The notes: generated by a model from the sequence alone, not told the origin. 64,000 nt of DNA from Blasia pusilla (GCA_050084515.1 CM114271.1:26164001-26228000); one strand, 5' to 3'. Shown: positions 38,050 through 50,921, counted from the stretch's first letter. Program-made: numbers and translations.

Positions 38050-40077
38050 CTAGTTAACATGCCCGTGCTTGCGCACGAAATTGATTTTTTTAATTAGTAG
38101 TCTAACTTGTGCCCGAAAATGAATCTCCTTATAATTTAGAAATATTTTGTATTTATAAATTTAAGTATAATCTCCATTTTTTTAAATCTTAAAAGAGTGA
38201 TACCATTTCACTTTTGAATAATACCGAACTCTTGTAAATAATTTCACTCCTCCATAACCATTTCCATTAAGTTAAAACATTTTCAAGGGGTGGTCAAGGT
38301 TACATTAGTTCGTTAGGGGGTCCCTTAAGCGAATTCCTCCCATTTCTTCTCTTCCATTTCCACTTTTCCTACGAAAATAACATCCACTTACTAAATTCTA
38401 AGTTAAGTTTAATTAGCTAAATCATTTCCTTTTTCCATTCAAATTCAATTTCCTTTCCCAAACTATGGAATATGAATTAACATGATTATTTTTTTAAATA
38501 ATCATATTTTTCATTTCAAAATTTAAATATACTTCTTATTTTCTTAAATCTCAAAAGAATAATAACATTTGGCTCTTCTAAGTAATTCCACTCCTCACTT
38601 AAAATTTAAATGACGTTCCAATCCCCTCAATGATTCCACCCTTCCATAAAATTTAGAAAGTATTTACTTCATTTCCATTAAAATATATTTTCCCTATCAA
38701 ATATGAGTCAAGGAATAAAATTATACTTTTTGGTTATTTTTAATTCCCTTAAATTTTATTTTTCTACCCATCTTATAAGGTCGAGGAAAAAATTTCTATC
38801 CGGTCTACCCATGTTGCCTATTTTGTCCTATTTCTTACTATTTTGTTGTATCGTGCATATGGGTTCACCCATTATCTATTCTATCTATATTATTATGGAA
38901 GAGTGCCTTCTTGATTTGCAAACACTTCTATGTTTGACACGTGGCAATTGGGTTGCAAGAAAATGTTTCACATGATACACGTTGTAAAATGAGCTTGAAT
39001 TTATGTGCATCATCATTAATCCATTCCCTTCACGGGCTATACACTAACAAAGCTCTTCAAACACTTTTTATTTCTTGTGCATCTCACGGGCACCTTACTA
39101 GTTATTATTACGGGAGAGTGTCTTCTTGATTTGCAAACACCCCCATGTTTGACACGTGGCAATTGGGCAGCAAGAAAATGTTTGAATCTATATGCAACAT
39201 CTTTAATCCCTTCCCTTCACGAGCAACAAGAAACAAAGTTACGAGCAACAAGAAAAAAAGTTTGAATCTATATGCAACATCTTTAATCCCTTCCCTTCAC
39301 GAGCTATACACTAAAAAAAGCTCTTCAAGCATTTTTTGTTTCTTGTGCATCGCAGAGGCACCTTACTAGTCATATAGATAAGGCATCCACAACGATTTAT
39401 GCAAAAGTTTGAGTGGATCATACCTTATAGCAACCCTACAAAAATGAATCAAATATGAGAGGGAAATTTTAACATCAAAGTAATTTTCATCCAAACCTAG
39501 ACTAAAAACTTTTCACTTGTTCCAAATATATAGCTAGCTTTGTCTGAAGGAGTTAAACTACAAGAGTGAGTGGAAACAACTTTCACTACATAATACAAGT
39601 TTAAACATCTTACACTATTACGGCAAAATAAGACATAACAAATGACATGAGCAAGAAAATGTTTCAATAACATAAGCATCAACAAATTTTCTCTTAAACT
39701 TTTGAGCAATATTATTATTTTCCAAATGCTAAGCATTATCAAGATTTTCTCATACATTTTTAACATGAAAATGATTCAAAAATTCTTTTCTTTCCTTGAC
39801 AAGTCTAAATCTTTTGCTTGTTTTCTTTTATGGCCACTACTATTAAACTAACTAGTGGGTGTTCTTGGAATGCACATATTAATGATGGGTAATTGAAATT
39901 ATCCATTACTAGTATAATGCTCATGCTATGCACGAGTGAGGGGAAATTTTTCTTGCACCCGTTAAGTAATTTTAAGTAATCCTTAAACACATGCCAATAA
40001 TAGACTAGTTTTGAAAGGATATGTGTCGAACACCGGAGGAGGGTTTCCCTAACCCCATCCTCTCTAAATAATATAGA
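38050..40077 (-). mobile_element. Non-autonomous Helitron (composite, ~2 kb)
   Basis: Minus-strand 5' end A|TCTATATTATT at 40077. The 3' hairpin CGTGC-gcaa-GCACG is followed by CTAG|T at 38050. There are extra internal CTAG ends near 39848 and 39910. Confidence 0.65.
38884..39369 (+). mobile_element. Head-to-tail tandem of two mini-Helitron units nested in opposite orientation
   Basis: Units 38884-39101 and 39102-39369 each read (tc)tattatta...ttgatttgcaaacac...gtgcatc(t/g)ca(c/g)(g/a)ggcaccttaCTAG. Confidence 0.65.
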
Positions 40078-41099
40078 TAATAGTAAAATGTGTTACTATT
40101 CACTTAATCGACCCCTAATTGGGTAAGGTGTCGAAGAATAGGTGATAAGCATTCAAGAGGGCACTCTTGCATGACAATATAGATTAAATTCTAGATAAAT
40201 ATTGACATACTTTCTTGGGAAGACTAATGGTGCCTATCATCTATACTATTATTTGCGGAGTGGTCTATGCTGGTTCTAACATGACGACACTTTGGGAACA
40301 CGACACGCTTTCTTAAACCTTATGCATATTGTATTTGGGCAAAATACGTATTCACAAAAAGGCGTATACATATGGGATAGGACATATATGCATGGGACAT
40401 GGCAAGGTGGTCAAAGACACTTACTAGTATTATTTTTATATATATGAATCTTAAACTAAATATTTCATATACGAATACAATTTTACACGTCACATTATTT
40501 GATCCCTTCCCTTCTCCGAAGAATCTGTTGTACCCAGTAACGAGTCCCGGAGCCTTACGACCGTTCAGTGTAGATCGACGGCCAGATAGGGCAGGTACCC
40601 TCGTGGAGCGCCAGGTGGATACTGCCGAGAAGTCATCGACAGGTGTCCAGCGCAGGTGACATAGGTCAGGCCGGAAAGTGCCCCAAGTCAAACCTGAAAA
40701 CCTTCACGAATAGAGACTGTCCACGTGTCCAGACGTAGATCTCTTGAAGCGTGTGCGCGGGGAACTCTTTGGTCTTCTGGTCCATCACATCATACGTTGG
40801 TAGGATATTCTTTTCTTATGAATTCTTGACGATTTAATAATTTTTATTATTTGGGATAATTGTTACGCCTACTTACCATATCTTCTATGTTTTTACTATC
40901 TTGAATAAGAAACTATTATTTTTCAGTTCTTTCAAAATGTTTTTGTATTAGTATCAATTTGGGGTGTGTGGGATTATTGCATAACAAGGAGAAAAAGCAA
41001 GAGACGACAACGAAAGGATTGGTGATTATGAAATTCAACAATTGTTAAAACATGTGGTTGATTTCTTATAACAAAGATTTATGGTTATATGTCATCTAC

Positions 41100-43020
41100 A
41101 TTTGGTTTTTAGCTTAGTGAATTGCAATGTGGCTATTACAATGCAATTGAACTTGATATTCGCTGATGGGTCTGCTTAGTCATATCGTTCCCTTTGCAGC
41201 TTTGTTGCCTCGGTAGCTACCATATACTCGACCTTTATAATGGACGAAGCAACGATAGATTGCAACGTAGACTTCCAACTTATAGGACCACTTGCCAATT
41301 TATATAAGCACATAACTTGTTGTGGATCTCGTCTTGTCCAAGTCTCCGAAAAAATGATAATCCACAAATCCTATCATATTTCCTCTTCTCTCATGTTCTC
41401 CATGAAACATAATCTCAACATACATAATCCCCTTCAAACATCAAAGAATCCACTTCATAACCTCCCAATGCTCCTTCCCCAAATTTTTCATATATTTGCT
41501 TACCACACTCACAACATACGAGAAGTCTAATCTAGTACACACTATTGCTTATAGCAAATTTCCCACCACACTTGCATAAGGGATAGTAGACATGTATCGC
41601 CTCTCATCTTCTATGATAAGACATAATTTTGAAGAGAGATTGAAATTAGCAATCGAAGGAGTGCTCATTAACTTTGCGTCGTCCATGCGAAAACATGCAA
41701 AGACCTTCTTGATACACTTCCTATGAGACATCCAAAATAGATGCTTCTTCCTATCTTCGTAGAATCCTTTGTGTGGAACCTAGATCCTTCGTATCAAAAT
41801 CTTTGTTGAGTTGTATCTTCAGTCTATTAATGTTGGATAAAAGCATCAAATCTTTTGTATCATTGCTTAGGATTTTATTTTATGGTCCATAGAATAAAAT
41901 TTTCAATCTATACATAAGATCTTTTTTTGTCGACCTAAAAACCTTCTACTTAATGCATGTAGATTTCCTCTTCTAACCCTAAATGGAAAAAAACCAGTTA
42001 TGAAATCTAACTAGTCTAGCTCCAAATTGTAGAATGCAATGATGGCTAATATGACATGAAAAAATCTGAAGTAATCTTTAGCAACAAGAAGAAGATCTCA
42101 TTGAATTTGATGCCTTCCTTCTTAGTATACCTCATTCCTACAAGTCTTGTCCAAGGATCCAATTTTTTACTCATGGTCTTGCTTTGCATGGACATATGCA
42201 AGGCATCCAAATAGTTTGAGTTTAGCTAGAATATTCTAACACTTTACCATGCCATCTCTCCTTAAGAGTTTTGCACTCAATATTAATGGAGGATGAAAGA
42301 TTTACCCGAAACCATGTAGTGTTTACTTCCTATACGGAAAATCTCTTCTCCAATCTAGAATTTTTTTATAATACTCCATGCTCTCTCCAACAATGGTTGT
42401 TTCATCTACTCTCCTATTCCATTTTGTTGAGGTGTACCTGTAGTAGTAAAGTGATGAATGATTCTTTCATTCTTGGAAATTTTCATGAATTCATATGACT
42501 TCTACTCTCCTCCATTATCAAATTTCAAGCACTTGAACTTCCTTCCCACTTGCTTTTCCATCATTATTGTCCACTATTTGAAGATTTTGAATACTTTTGA
42601 CTTATGCTTTATCCTGTATACCCACAATTTTTTAGAGTAACTATTAAAAAATGAAACACAATACCATGCCCATACATTTGAGGAAATCGATGGAGTTCCA
42701 TAGATCTTTGAATGTAGATGATCCAAAATCCTTTTTATGTTAAGGATTGTAGTGCTTAAACTCACTTGGCATTGATTGTCAAAGACGAAATGTTCATAGA
42801 AATCCAATTTGAAGGATTTAACACCCTTCATAAATTATTATTTACATAGTTTTGTAAATCTTTCATCACTTTGTGTAAAACCTCTACCATTACTCTCACC
42901 AATTTTCCCCTCAAAATCCTTGAAAGGATGCCATAGTGACTCTCATGGCCATCTTGCAAGATTAACTCTCGTTCTCTATCACTAAGCCAAATATCAATAC
43001 AATCAACAGCCAAGTTTGTG
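41100..43020 (-). pseudogene. Ty1/Copia pol remnant (integrase, RT, RNase H)
   Basis: LDHLHSKIYG..., YSKKLWVYRIKHKSKVF (integrase); MSTIPYASVVGNL (RT); GPISWKSTLQSIVASSIIKVEYMVATEA (RNase H). Heavily degraded. Confidence 0.85.
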
Positions 43021-43101
43021 GTATCCTAATCTAAACTTGGCCCTCATATAAATTTCTCCATAAGTAGCACGACAATGATGGCTTCTTGGCACTACCGCAA
43101 T

Positions 43102-43516
43102 CATGGTTGCATAAAAACAGACAAGTCCATCACTAGGACGGACATGGACGGACAAGTGTGGACATAGCTATGGAAATGGATTTCAAGAGGTGGGGCCCAC
43201 ACTTATAGCTCATTGTGGAAGGCAAGGCAAGGGTAGGTGGGGCAATAAAGGGGGAAGGGAGTGGAGTTGGAAGAAGGAAGAAACATAAAATTGCGTAAGA
43301 TGGAGGCAAGTAGGGGGAATGAGAAAGAAGAAAACATTGAAACGTTGAACATACTTTGATTCTTCTAAATTTTCTTTCTATGTTTCATTCATTCACAATA
43401 TATGAGTAAGAAGGGGAAGGCGGGGCCTACATGGACAAGTCCTTCCAAAGGACAGGCGTATGTCCACGAAAATGGACATGTTTGCGGAACACAGACTTTT
43501 TCCACCTGCAACCTTG
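43102..43516 (+). mobile_element. hAT-family MITE (415 bp)
   Basis: TIRs CATGGTTGCA / TGCAACCTTG; TSD ACCGCAAT / ACCGTAAC. Confidence 0.85.
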
Positions 43517-43859
43517 ACCGTAACTTCCTCCTCCTCAATGATGCAATGTGATCATGATCGAACGGCCTAGTGTGTTGGTGCATTTTGTTAATTGTTAATG
43601 ATTTCATGCGACGATGAACCGCACGACATGACAATGCTACAATGCAATACGGATAAGGATGTCAAGGCACATTCATGATCAACTCAATTGAAGCAACTAA
43701 CTAATGGAACTTTCATTTCATGAGCATTGTATTTGGTTCAAAAACATCAATGATAATTTCCCTCGAGCTCCTTGGTAACTTTCTAACAATCTTAAGTGTG
43801 ACAGCAAAGAGCGTGTCAATTTGCAATAATGCATGATATGCACTAACTCCAATGCAGAA

Positions 43860-44050
43860 GACTTGAGATCATGTGAATGTAAGCTTGAGTTGCACCTAAG
43901 AAAAATGCATTGGCAATATGGTCATTGAGTGGCAATGCAAAATTCATGATCAAATTGTGAAGAAACATCCACAAATTATTAAAATTAGTGAAAAATGAGA
44001 GGATTGACTTTGTGAGACCCACAACCCTTAAGAACTTCACAATATATTTT
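43860..44050 (+). pseudogene. Highly degraded hAT transposase fragment
   Basis: NAKFMIKL*RNIHKLLKLVKNERIDFVRPTTLKNFTIYF resembles the hAT AK.i..fi.nH...L...eL.RP..TRF region. Confidence 0.4.
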
Positions 44051-44249
44051 TTTAGCTCTCATATTGCCACATCACAAAATCCTCTTGCTCCATACGGCAT
44101 GCCTCCCTATGAGTCCGTAACGTCAAATCAAATCCTATGGCGTAGATGAACCCTATAGATAAGGTTGGCCACTACCAACGTCATCTTCACATTTTCCTTC
44201 ACTCTTCCAGCTTTGTTCATTTTTTTGCAATATTTTTTGCATTGCGTTC

Positions 44250-44470
44250 TTTCTTAAAGATATGAAACCTAAAAGCTTTAGTCTATCATTGGAAAAAAAT
44301 ATTATACAATCCCTGGCGTTGATTTTCTAAACATTTGATAATGTTTCCACTTGTATTCCACATCTTTTTAGCACCCACTTCACATTACCCTCACCAAGAA
44401 CATCATGTTTCCCCAATCTCCAACCTTGATGCAAGGACCATAGCTAGTTTGACTCAAAATGAGTCAAGAT
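44250..44470 (-). pseudogene. Fragment of the same atypical kinase family as 18966-20380
   Basis: ILTHFESN / SYGPCIKVGDWGNMM (one frameshift) aligns with MFIHFGSNSSPYIDIRDWGNVM. Confidence 0.55.
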
Positions 44471-45035
44471 TTCCTTCTTCCCTGCAATACACAGAGCAGG
44501 GAAAGATTTTTGAAGGCTCGGAATGGTCCAATTGATAGAACCGATAAGTCAAGTGTGAAGAAATATGTCAACGAGAGAAACATGGTGGATTTTTAATCCC
44601 AAATATCTATTGAGAAGAGACAATCATATCTTCGTAGGGGTTTGGAGGATTGAGAAACTAAGTTTACTAAGAGTTTACAGAGAAACAAAGTTTACATGCA
44701 TTTTTAGTTTTAAAACATTTTAAAGTTTCCATTGGCTTAAAAAGGAACACAAAAATTTTCAACCTCGTCGATATTTATCTACATCCAAGTAGATTTTTCC
44801 TAGAATTGGGAATTCTTTTATATTTATACATGTAAACAAAGATTTTATAAGGATTTCAATGGCCTTTTTTATTTTTTTTTTTTTTTTCACATAATGCAGA
44901 CAAAATTTCTTGATGGTCTTTACTTTTAAGGAAATGCTCTACTTCCTCTAACTTGAAAAGATGGAATATCAACCCAAACTACAAAAATAAATGGAAGAAA
45001 ATGAGGAAAAAGAAGTGGAGATTTGGGGACACTTA

Positions 45036-45260
45036 TCTATATTATTAAAAGAGCGTGGGGTTAGAGAAACCCTCCTCACATGTTGACACTTATTCTTTCA
45101 AACCACCCTCTGTTGACACGTGTCACATTCAAAGAATAGTTAAATTAAAAAACCAAATACTTAAGGGATGGAAAACGTGTAACATTTAATGGAAAAACTG
45201 AATAAACAAGGCATCTATACTATTATTGGAGAGTCCCTAACTAAAAGTTTAACAAGAAAG
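45036..45260 (+). mobile_element. Helitron 5'-end remnants (two TC starts, 45036 and 45214)
   Basis: A|TCTATATTATTAAAAGAG...GGGGTTAGAGAAACCCTC is homologous to the 40077 and 15607 ends. Confidence 0.5.
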
Positions 45261-46619
45261 TCGCCATAGTATAGAATTTGAAACGAGTGAGGAGATGGGA
45301 CGAAAACCGATCTCGACTATCCACACAGGCGGAGGAAAAGGCGACACCGAATTCGTTTGTAGCGGCGGGATTCCCGGAGCTGCCTTTCGGAGGAAAACAT
45401 GAGAGGCGCGAAATGCGAAGCTTCGAGAGTGCCGCTGGAAAACTCTTGGCCGCGGAAGAGAAGATGCAGAAAATACGAGGTGACGGGAGACCCATCCGGA
45501 TTAAAACAAATAAGGGGTATTCGTGGAAGAGAAGATTCGTGAGGCGAAGAAAGAGAGCTCCGAACGCCGTGAATGCGGGACGAGGAGAAGGTAGAATGGC
45601 ACAGTACCCGGAGCTGGAAGCTCATCGCGGTGTGGGATGGACGGCCGGCGCTGTGAGGCCCAGGCCAAACGACAGCACAATGAAACGCCGGTCTATTGTG
45701 GCTTTCTTTCATCTAGGCTCCTTCCAGTTCGCTTTTCTTCGGCAAATGAAATCTTCTCTGGTGCTTCCTTTCCTTTTGGCTCTCCCAGATCACTTTTCCT
45801 AGCGCAGTGTGCAGTTCTGCACATGGATGTCTGGTAGTGTTTGTCATCCGTCCTCAACGTATGGCAGAATGGGGGCTAGACGACATACCGGTACGATCCT
45901 TACTTACATAGGCAGACACTGTGCAGATTCTCTGTACCGAGTATTAGTGATCTTCCCGTGCAATCTTCGAGAGCTCCGGCTTGTCCGTACGCACCGTCCG
46001 ATTGGGCATTGGCTCCTGCGATGGTGGTAGGAGTTGCACCGAAGGAGTGAGACGAAACAACTCTAGATCCGAGACGCTCCCAACAGAACTGTTCCGCATG
46101 TCAGTGGATGGATGTGGAATCGAGGTGATTCAGCCGTGAAAAAGGAATGAGTAGTCGTTTGCTCAGGTTCAGGTTTGGCAGAGTTGAGTATACCTTGAGA
46201 CAGACTGGTGCGGGCGGTTGATCGGTGATGCAGGCTGTTTGGTCGTTTGGGAACTCATGTTTGGAAACTCGACTGCGGGGCAGCTCTTGACAGAGCCGTT
46301 GGACGCAAACCCTGTGTGATCAGTTCAACCGTCTGACTGGGGATTCTAATCGTAAACCAAGATGTTCAATTTGACTGCCAGCTCCATTTCACAATTTGAC
46401 TTACACCTCGAACACCGATTTGACTTCCATTCATGACAGGCAAGCATGTTCACCTGAGAGATCTGCACTTCAAGAATCAGCAGCAAGTGAAAAATCTCCT
46501 AGGACGTGTTCGGACTTTCAGCCAGATTCGGTCCTCGTATAGATGGGAATCCAAACTCCATCTATATTGTCATTCATCACATATCTGATCACACACAAAA
46601 GCCATTTCATGCATATTAG

Positions 46620-46800
46620 GGATCTCGCAGCCAGTGAGGAAAGTGCCCTCGACAGGCACAACCAGCGCCATGAATAACCAACCACTTGATTTCACTATCC
46701 TCGAAAATAGCGATTTCCCAGCGAGGGAGGAAGGTGCCCTCGACAGGCACAACCAGCACTACCAATAGCCTACCACCTGATTTCGCTACACTAGAAACCA
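46620..46800. repeat. 91-bp tandem duplication
   Basis: gtgccctcgacaggcacaaccagc is identical at 46643 and 46734, with diverged flanks. Confidence 0.8.
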
Positions 46801-47602
46801 ATGTAGATCGAAGTTTTTGTGCTGATTCTTTTGCGAGAAAGTCTAGAGCACGTGAGGTACGGGTGTAAAAGTGACGTTGGACACAGCAAGACGTGAAACA
46901 AGCCATTCATTCAACATAAGTGCACACGCTAACATGGCCTATTCTCACGACAAGCCCTCACTGGCACTCTGTTTGATTCCACCTTCATTACATACGAGTC
47001 CTCGTTCTTTGTCCAGATCAGCTTCTCAAGAGCACAAATACTTGTATAGAAAGCTTCAAACAAGCACTGCTCTCATGGTATGGAAATTGCACACCATATC
47101 TAGTAGTGAAACTGGGAATTGGAGTCGAACGCGATATATTCCAGTGTATACACCTCGGTCAGAATCACACATCGGTAATCTACCGCTCCCGCTAACACTC
47201 CTATACACACAGAGTAGTGAGCTCCATCGACTGACAGATGAAGGAAGCAAATGTCGGACTGAGCTATGCACAGATTACTCCATGATACCGGAGAGAGATG
47301 TCTGACAAAATCTCACTTCTACATGTCTGAGAAACAACACAAGTTGTCTTTGATGGTATCTCTAGAAACATTTCACCGTCTGATTTAACTTGACAGCCAC
47401 TTTCAATGGTTCTTTGAGACTCACTGGTTACAAGGAGCACGGGCAAAGATGAACAAGACAAGTTGGTCTCAAGCAGTGAACCATTTGATAGAGGCACTAA
47501 ACCTCAGACGTATCTTCGAGAAACTATGTCACATGTCGTACGATTTGCCCGGAGGATATGGATACGTAAGGATTTATGAAACCAAAGAAAGCAGAAGGAA
47601 GG

Positions 47603-48634
47603 CTACATGTTAGTGGTTAAGGGCCCTTGGAGTTGAAGAATTTGGGTGTGGAGACCTCTAACAGAATGAAAACATTGCATCACATGACGCTTTAGTTGCG
47701 AAAGAAGAGAAGAGAAGTGAGTTTCCTCACTCTTCACTGCCTCCACTAGTGCCTGAATGCATCCCACGTTCGTCTCCATTTCGATTTCACCGTTTTGGGA
47801 CTTTGCCTTATTCTTCAGCACTCGAATGAGCAGATCTAGCATTGGGGTTGGGAACGAAAACTCCAGAGACAAAGCTTTATCGAGGCAGAGGACTTCATCT
47901 AGGGATCTCTCTTCCTCTGAAATCGGCTGGATGGCTTGCAACTGGTAGCATGCTCGGGTGCAAGAGAGGCCACGTAGAAGCTTCACCACAACAGATCCTC
48001 CGAATCCTTCACGTAATCTGTGCTCATCTAGCCTCCTTTCTTCGAGAGAAATTTTATCCAACAAAAGGCTGTATCCGCTCCATGCAGTGTCAAACGCCCA
48101 CGAGAAGTCCTCCTTACATGCCTTCGTATCTGCCTTGTGCTTTCTCAGCACACGGAGTACATGCTTGACTTCATTGGCAGTTGGGGGCTCGGACGCTGAT
48201 AGTAGTTGCATCACCATGCGCATAGTCCGATCATTTCCAGCCTCCACTCTCTTGATGCTATTTCCGAGCCATTTGTAGAACTTGAGAGTGTTCAGGCTGT
48301 AGAAGAGTTGAGCACTCATGTAGCCGGTGAGAGCTTTCTGCGAGAGCCAGCCAGAGTTCTTCTTGTGGATCCTCAAAAGCATATTCAGGACTTGCTTGTC
48401 TTTCTCCTGTAGAAGGGTGGTCACAGACATCCATTGAGCGAAATTCTTCGAAGCAGAGTGGATCGATTTTGTCAGCCTGTTGAGTAGAACTTCGTTGCTT
48501 ATATAAGTGGAGGAGCTGGCGAACTCCTCCTCCACAGTCCCTAGACTGAAATCGAATTCGAATTGAGGCGGACCTTCGAAGCTGGCCTGCATCTTCTTGT
48601 CTCCAGAAGCTTGCGGATGTAAGTCCTGCGACAT
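47603..48634 (-). CDS. Intronless 343-aa helical protein, BPS1/ROH1 (DUF793)-like
   Basis: Long clean ORF in CpG-retaining DNA. QWMS..LLQE.....LNMLL......GW...ALTGY......SLNTL.....LGNSIKRVEAG and the C-terminal LSQLKRHVMQCFHSVRGLHTQIL fit the BPS1/ROH1-type pattern. The family call is tentative. Confidence 0.65.
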   Translation of the reverse strand: MSQDLHPQASGDKKMQASFEGPPQFEFDFSLGTVEEEFASSSTYISNEVLLNRLTKSIHSASKNFAQWMSVTTLLQEKDKQVLNMLLRIHKKNSGWLSQKALTGYMSAQLFYSLNTLKFYKWLGNSIKRVEAGNDRTMRMVMQLLSASEPPTANEVKHVLRVLRKHKADTKACKEDFSWAFDTAWSGYSLLLDKISLEERRLDEHRLREGFGGSVVVKLLRGLSCTRACYQLQAIQPISEEERSLDEVLCLDKALSLEFSFPTPMLDLLIRVLKNKAKSQNGEIEMETNVGCIQALVEAVKSEETHFSSLLSQLKRHVMQCFHSVRGLHTQILQLQGPLTTNM

Positions 48635-50921
48635 GAAATGAAGCCCAAGAACAAAACTTCAAGAATCCGTGCAAAGGAAGATCAAATTACCAGTCTCGCG
48701 CGGAAGCAGGCTCGAACTCACAATGTCTAAGAGATAGCGCGCAGCTCGGAGAAGGCACAGGAGAAGCGGCGTGAGAAATGCATGCTTGACAGACGAGAGT
48801 TTCACTGTCGCTAAGGGAGAAGGAATTACATGAGATCTTGTCAATGCTGTCCTCAGCTTGGTAACATCTCTGAGAAATTCCAGACTACCAGAATGCCGTT
48901 CTCGTGAATCGCCGAGCATGGAGCCTTCTGTGTCCGACTTCATCTACTCGTTGGAAAGGTTCGTGCGCAAACTTCCTTTTTGCGTTCTTGCATGTTCCTC
49001 CCGATCAAATAGTAAGTCCGACAGTGCCACAACTGTCTATCGATTCCGCTCGAAGTCCCTCGTGCTCGTGCTCGTGCTCGTGCCAGGACTCGACATGCGA
49101 CGCTTCGTCCCCACCCCAAACCTTCAAAATGCCATCGCAAGGTGCACAACGGGCAGAGCTTTGTACACGATGGGAACCCAACACGGCCGGTGCTCCTGAC
49201 TTCACAAAGAGTAGCGGTAGATCTAGCAGGTGTTCCGCAAGAGTAGACGGTATATACAAGAGTCGAGCTCGTTACAGGCAGCAGCACTCAGGCATGAGAA
49301 CTGAATCGCAATGTTCACAGAATGGGGACAGTCACCCACTTCCCTATTTTGGTGGACCTACATGGAAAGCTTCTCCAAATGCGCAGCGGTTGGTTGGTTC
49401 CTCCGGCGTTTCTGAGATTTCTCGCAAGAGGTAAGTAAACATGAAGAGGAGAGGAAAAGGTATGGCGCTTTCCATCCTGGTCGCAATCATAGCTTCTGCT
49501 GCGTCCATGCATTAGACTCACCTAAGACTAGTAAGTAACAATCCATGAGACAACGACTAACGAGTCCCAACCAAATAATGTCATTGCTGCATCCGCAACA
49601 CCACACATACCTCTGTCGTACTCGCAGATCTTTACGTCAGTAGCAAGTACATCGCCCATTAACTGCACACTGGAAAGCTTTACCAGACAACAAGTGGCTT
49701 CTGTTTTTTAAGACAAAAACAGACAACAGAATTATCTTTTTTTACGATTATCCTCTCTCGCTTTGGCTTCCTCTTCTCCTCGTCCTCCTCGTCCTCAATC
49801 CTACCTCTTCTAAGCTTGAACTGCAGGGATACGCCATACAAAGATAGCCAGGAAAACGAACCCGATTGAGCTCCAGAGAATTCTGGTGGATCTAGACAGT
49901 AAGCGACGAAACCTCCTGGCTTCTTCCACGGAGGTTCATTCGCTCACAAGCGCATGGATGTCCGCTGGCAATCGGAACTCCTGGAAGGAAGCTCAAGTAG
50001 GATGGTGCATGCACGGAGGATCCCTTTCCATTCCTTTTCCAACTACTGCCACCACTTTTGATTGCCTCGCTATTCTCGGAGGTAGCCAATGGCTCGAAAA
50101 GCGGGACCGCGGTACGTTATCCGTGGGTGCCAGATTCCCGATGTAGCTCCTCACCTACCTTCCTTTTCTCGGATGCATTACTGCAAGGATTAGCAAGTAA
50201 TAATTTGGAGCTGCGGGCAAATTTGAAGCGGCAGTCAGCACTCGGATTTTCCGAGGGAAGGCAGCAGAGTCGAGCATCAGAGTTATGATGCACCGAAGGT
50301 CATGAGCATACTGTTGCTGTCCGGCCCATAGTTCCGAGAGTAGTAAATGCCGGATTGTTCAGAAACAACGAGTACGAGCTGCAGCTCCCTGCCACTTCTT
50401 GCCGTTAATGAACAGGCCTCCCAGATGCAAAATGGCCTGCAGGGTTTTACCTCCTTTCAAATCATTTCCGTCAGGTGGGCCACTAACAAGCATCTGACAT
50501 TGTTATGTGTCGCCTCTGCATTCGTACCTTGCTCTGTGCGCTCAAGCTTTAGAGATTCAACCATTTCTTTTTCGCTTTCTTTTGCATCGCCGTCATCATG
50601 TGGTGCGCAGTCCCCTCCTGGCGCTTCTCGGACTTGCGCAGTACAATCTGACACCCTTACCTTCGCTGAAATTCAGCAGGAAACCCCACCCATCTGCACC
50701 CAGCAGCGGCACACCAATGTGATTGTGATGCTGCTTCGCCAATCACCTTCCAATTTATCACCCACCTCTGTCCCAAGTCCTGATGATCCTCGCCACCCGT
50801 CTCTTTTCCTTCTGGAACTTTATCATGATTCTCAATGACTCGATCTAACTTTATCTGTCAGATCCTCCATTGTATTCTCTCTCACTCTCTCTCCTGTGAA
50901 ATAAATCACAGCACTCATTCA

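Noticed and set aside
45278-45802. 174-aa plus-strand ORF
   Set aside because: Non-ATG start, no recognisable domain, and composition typical of a GC-rich non-coding or promoter region.
46570-46906. TAS3/miR390-type locus or small Cys-peptide gene at the 91-bp duplication
   Set aside because: No miR390 sites or tasiARF sequence recognised, and the 91-nt period breaks any reading frame.
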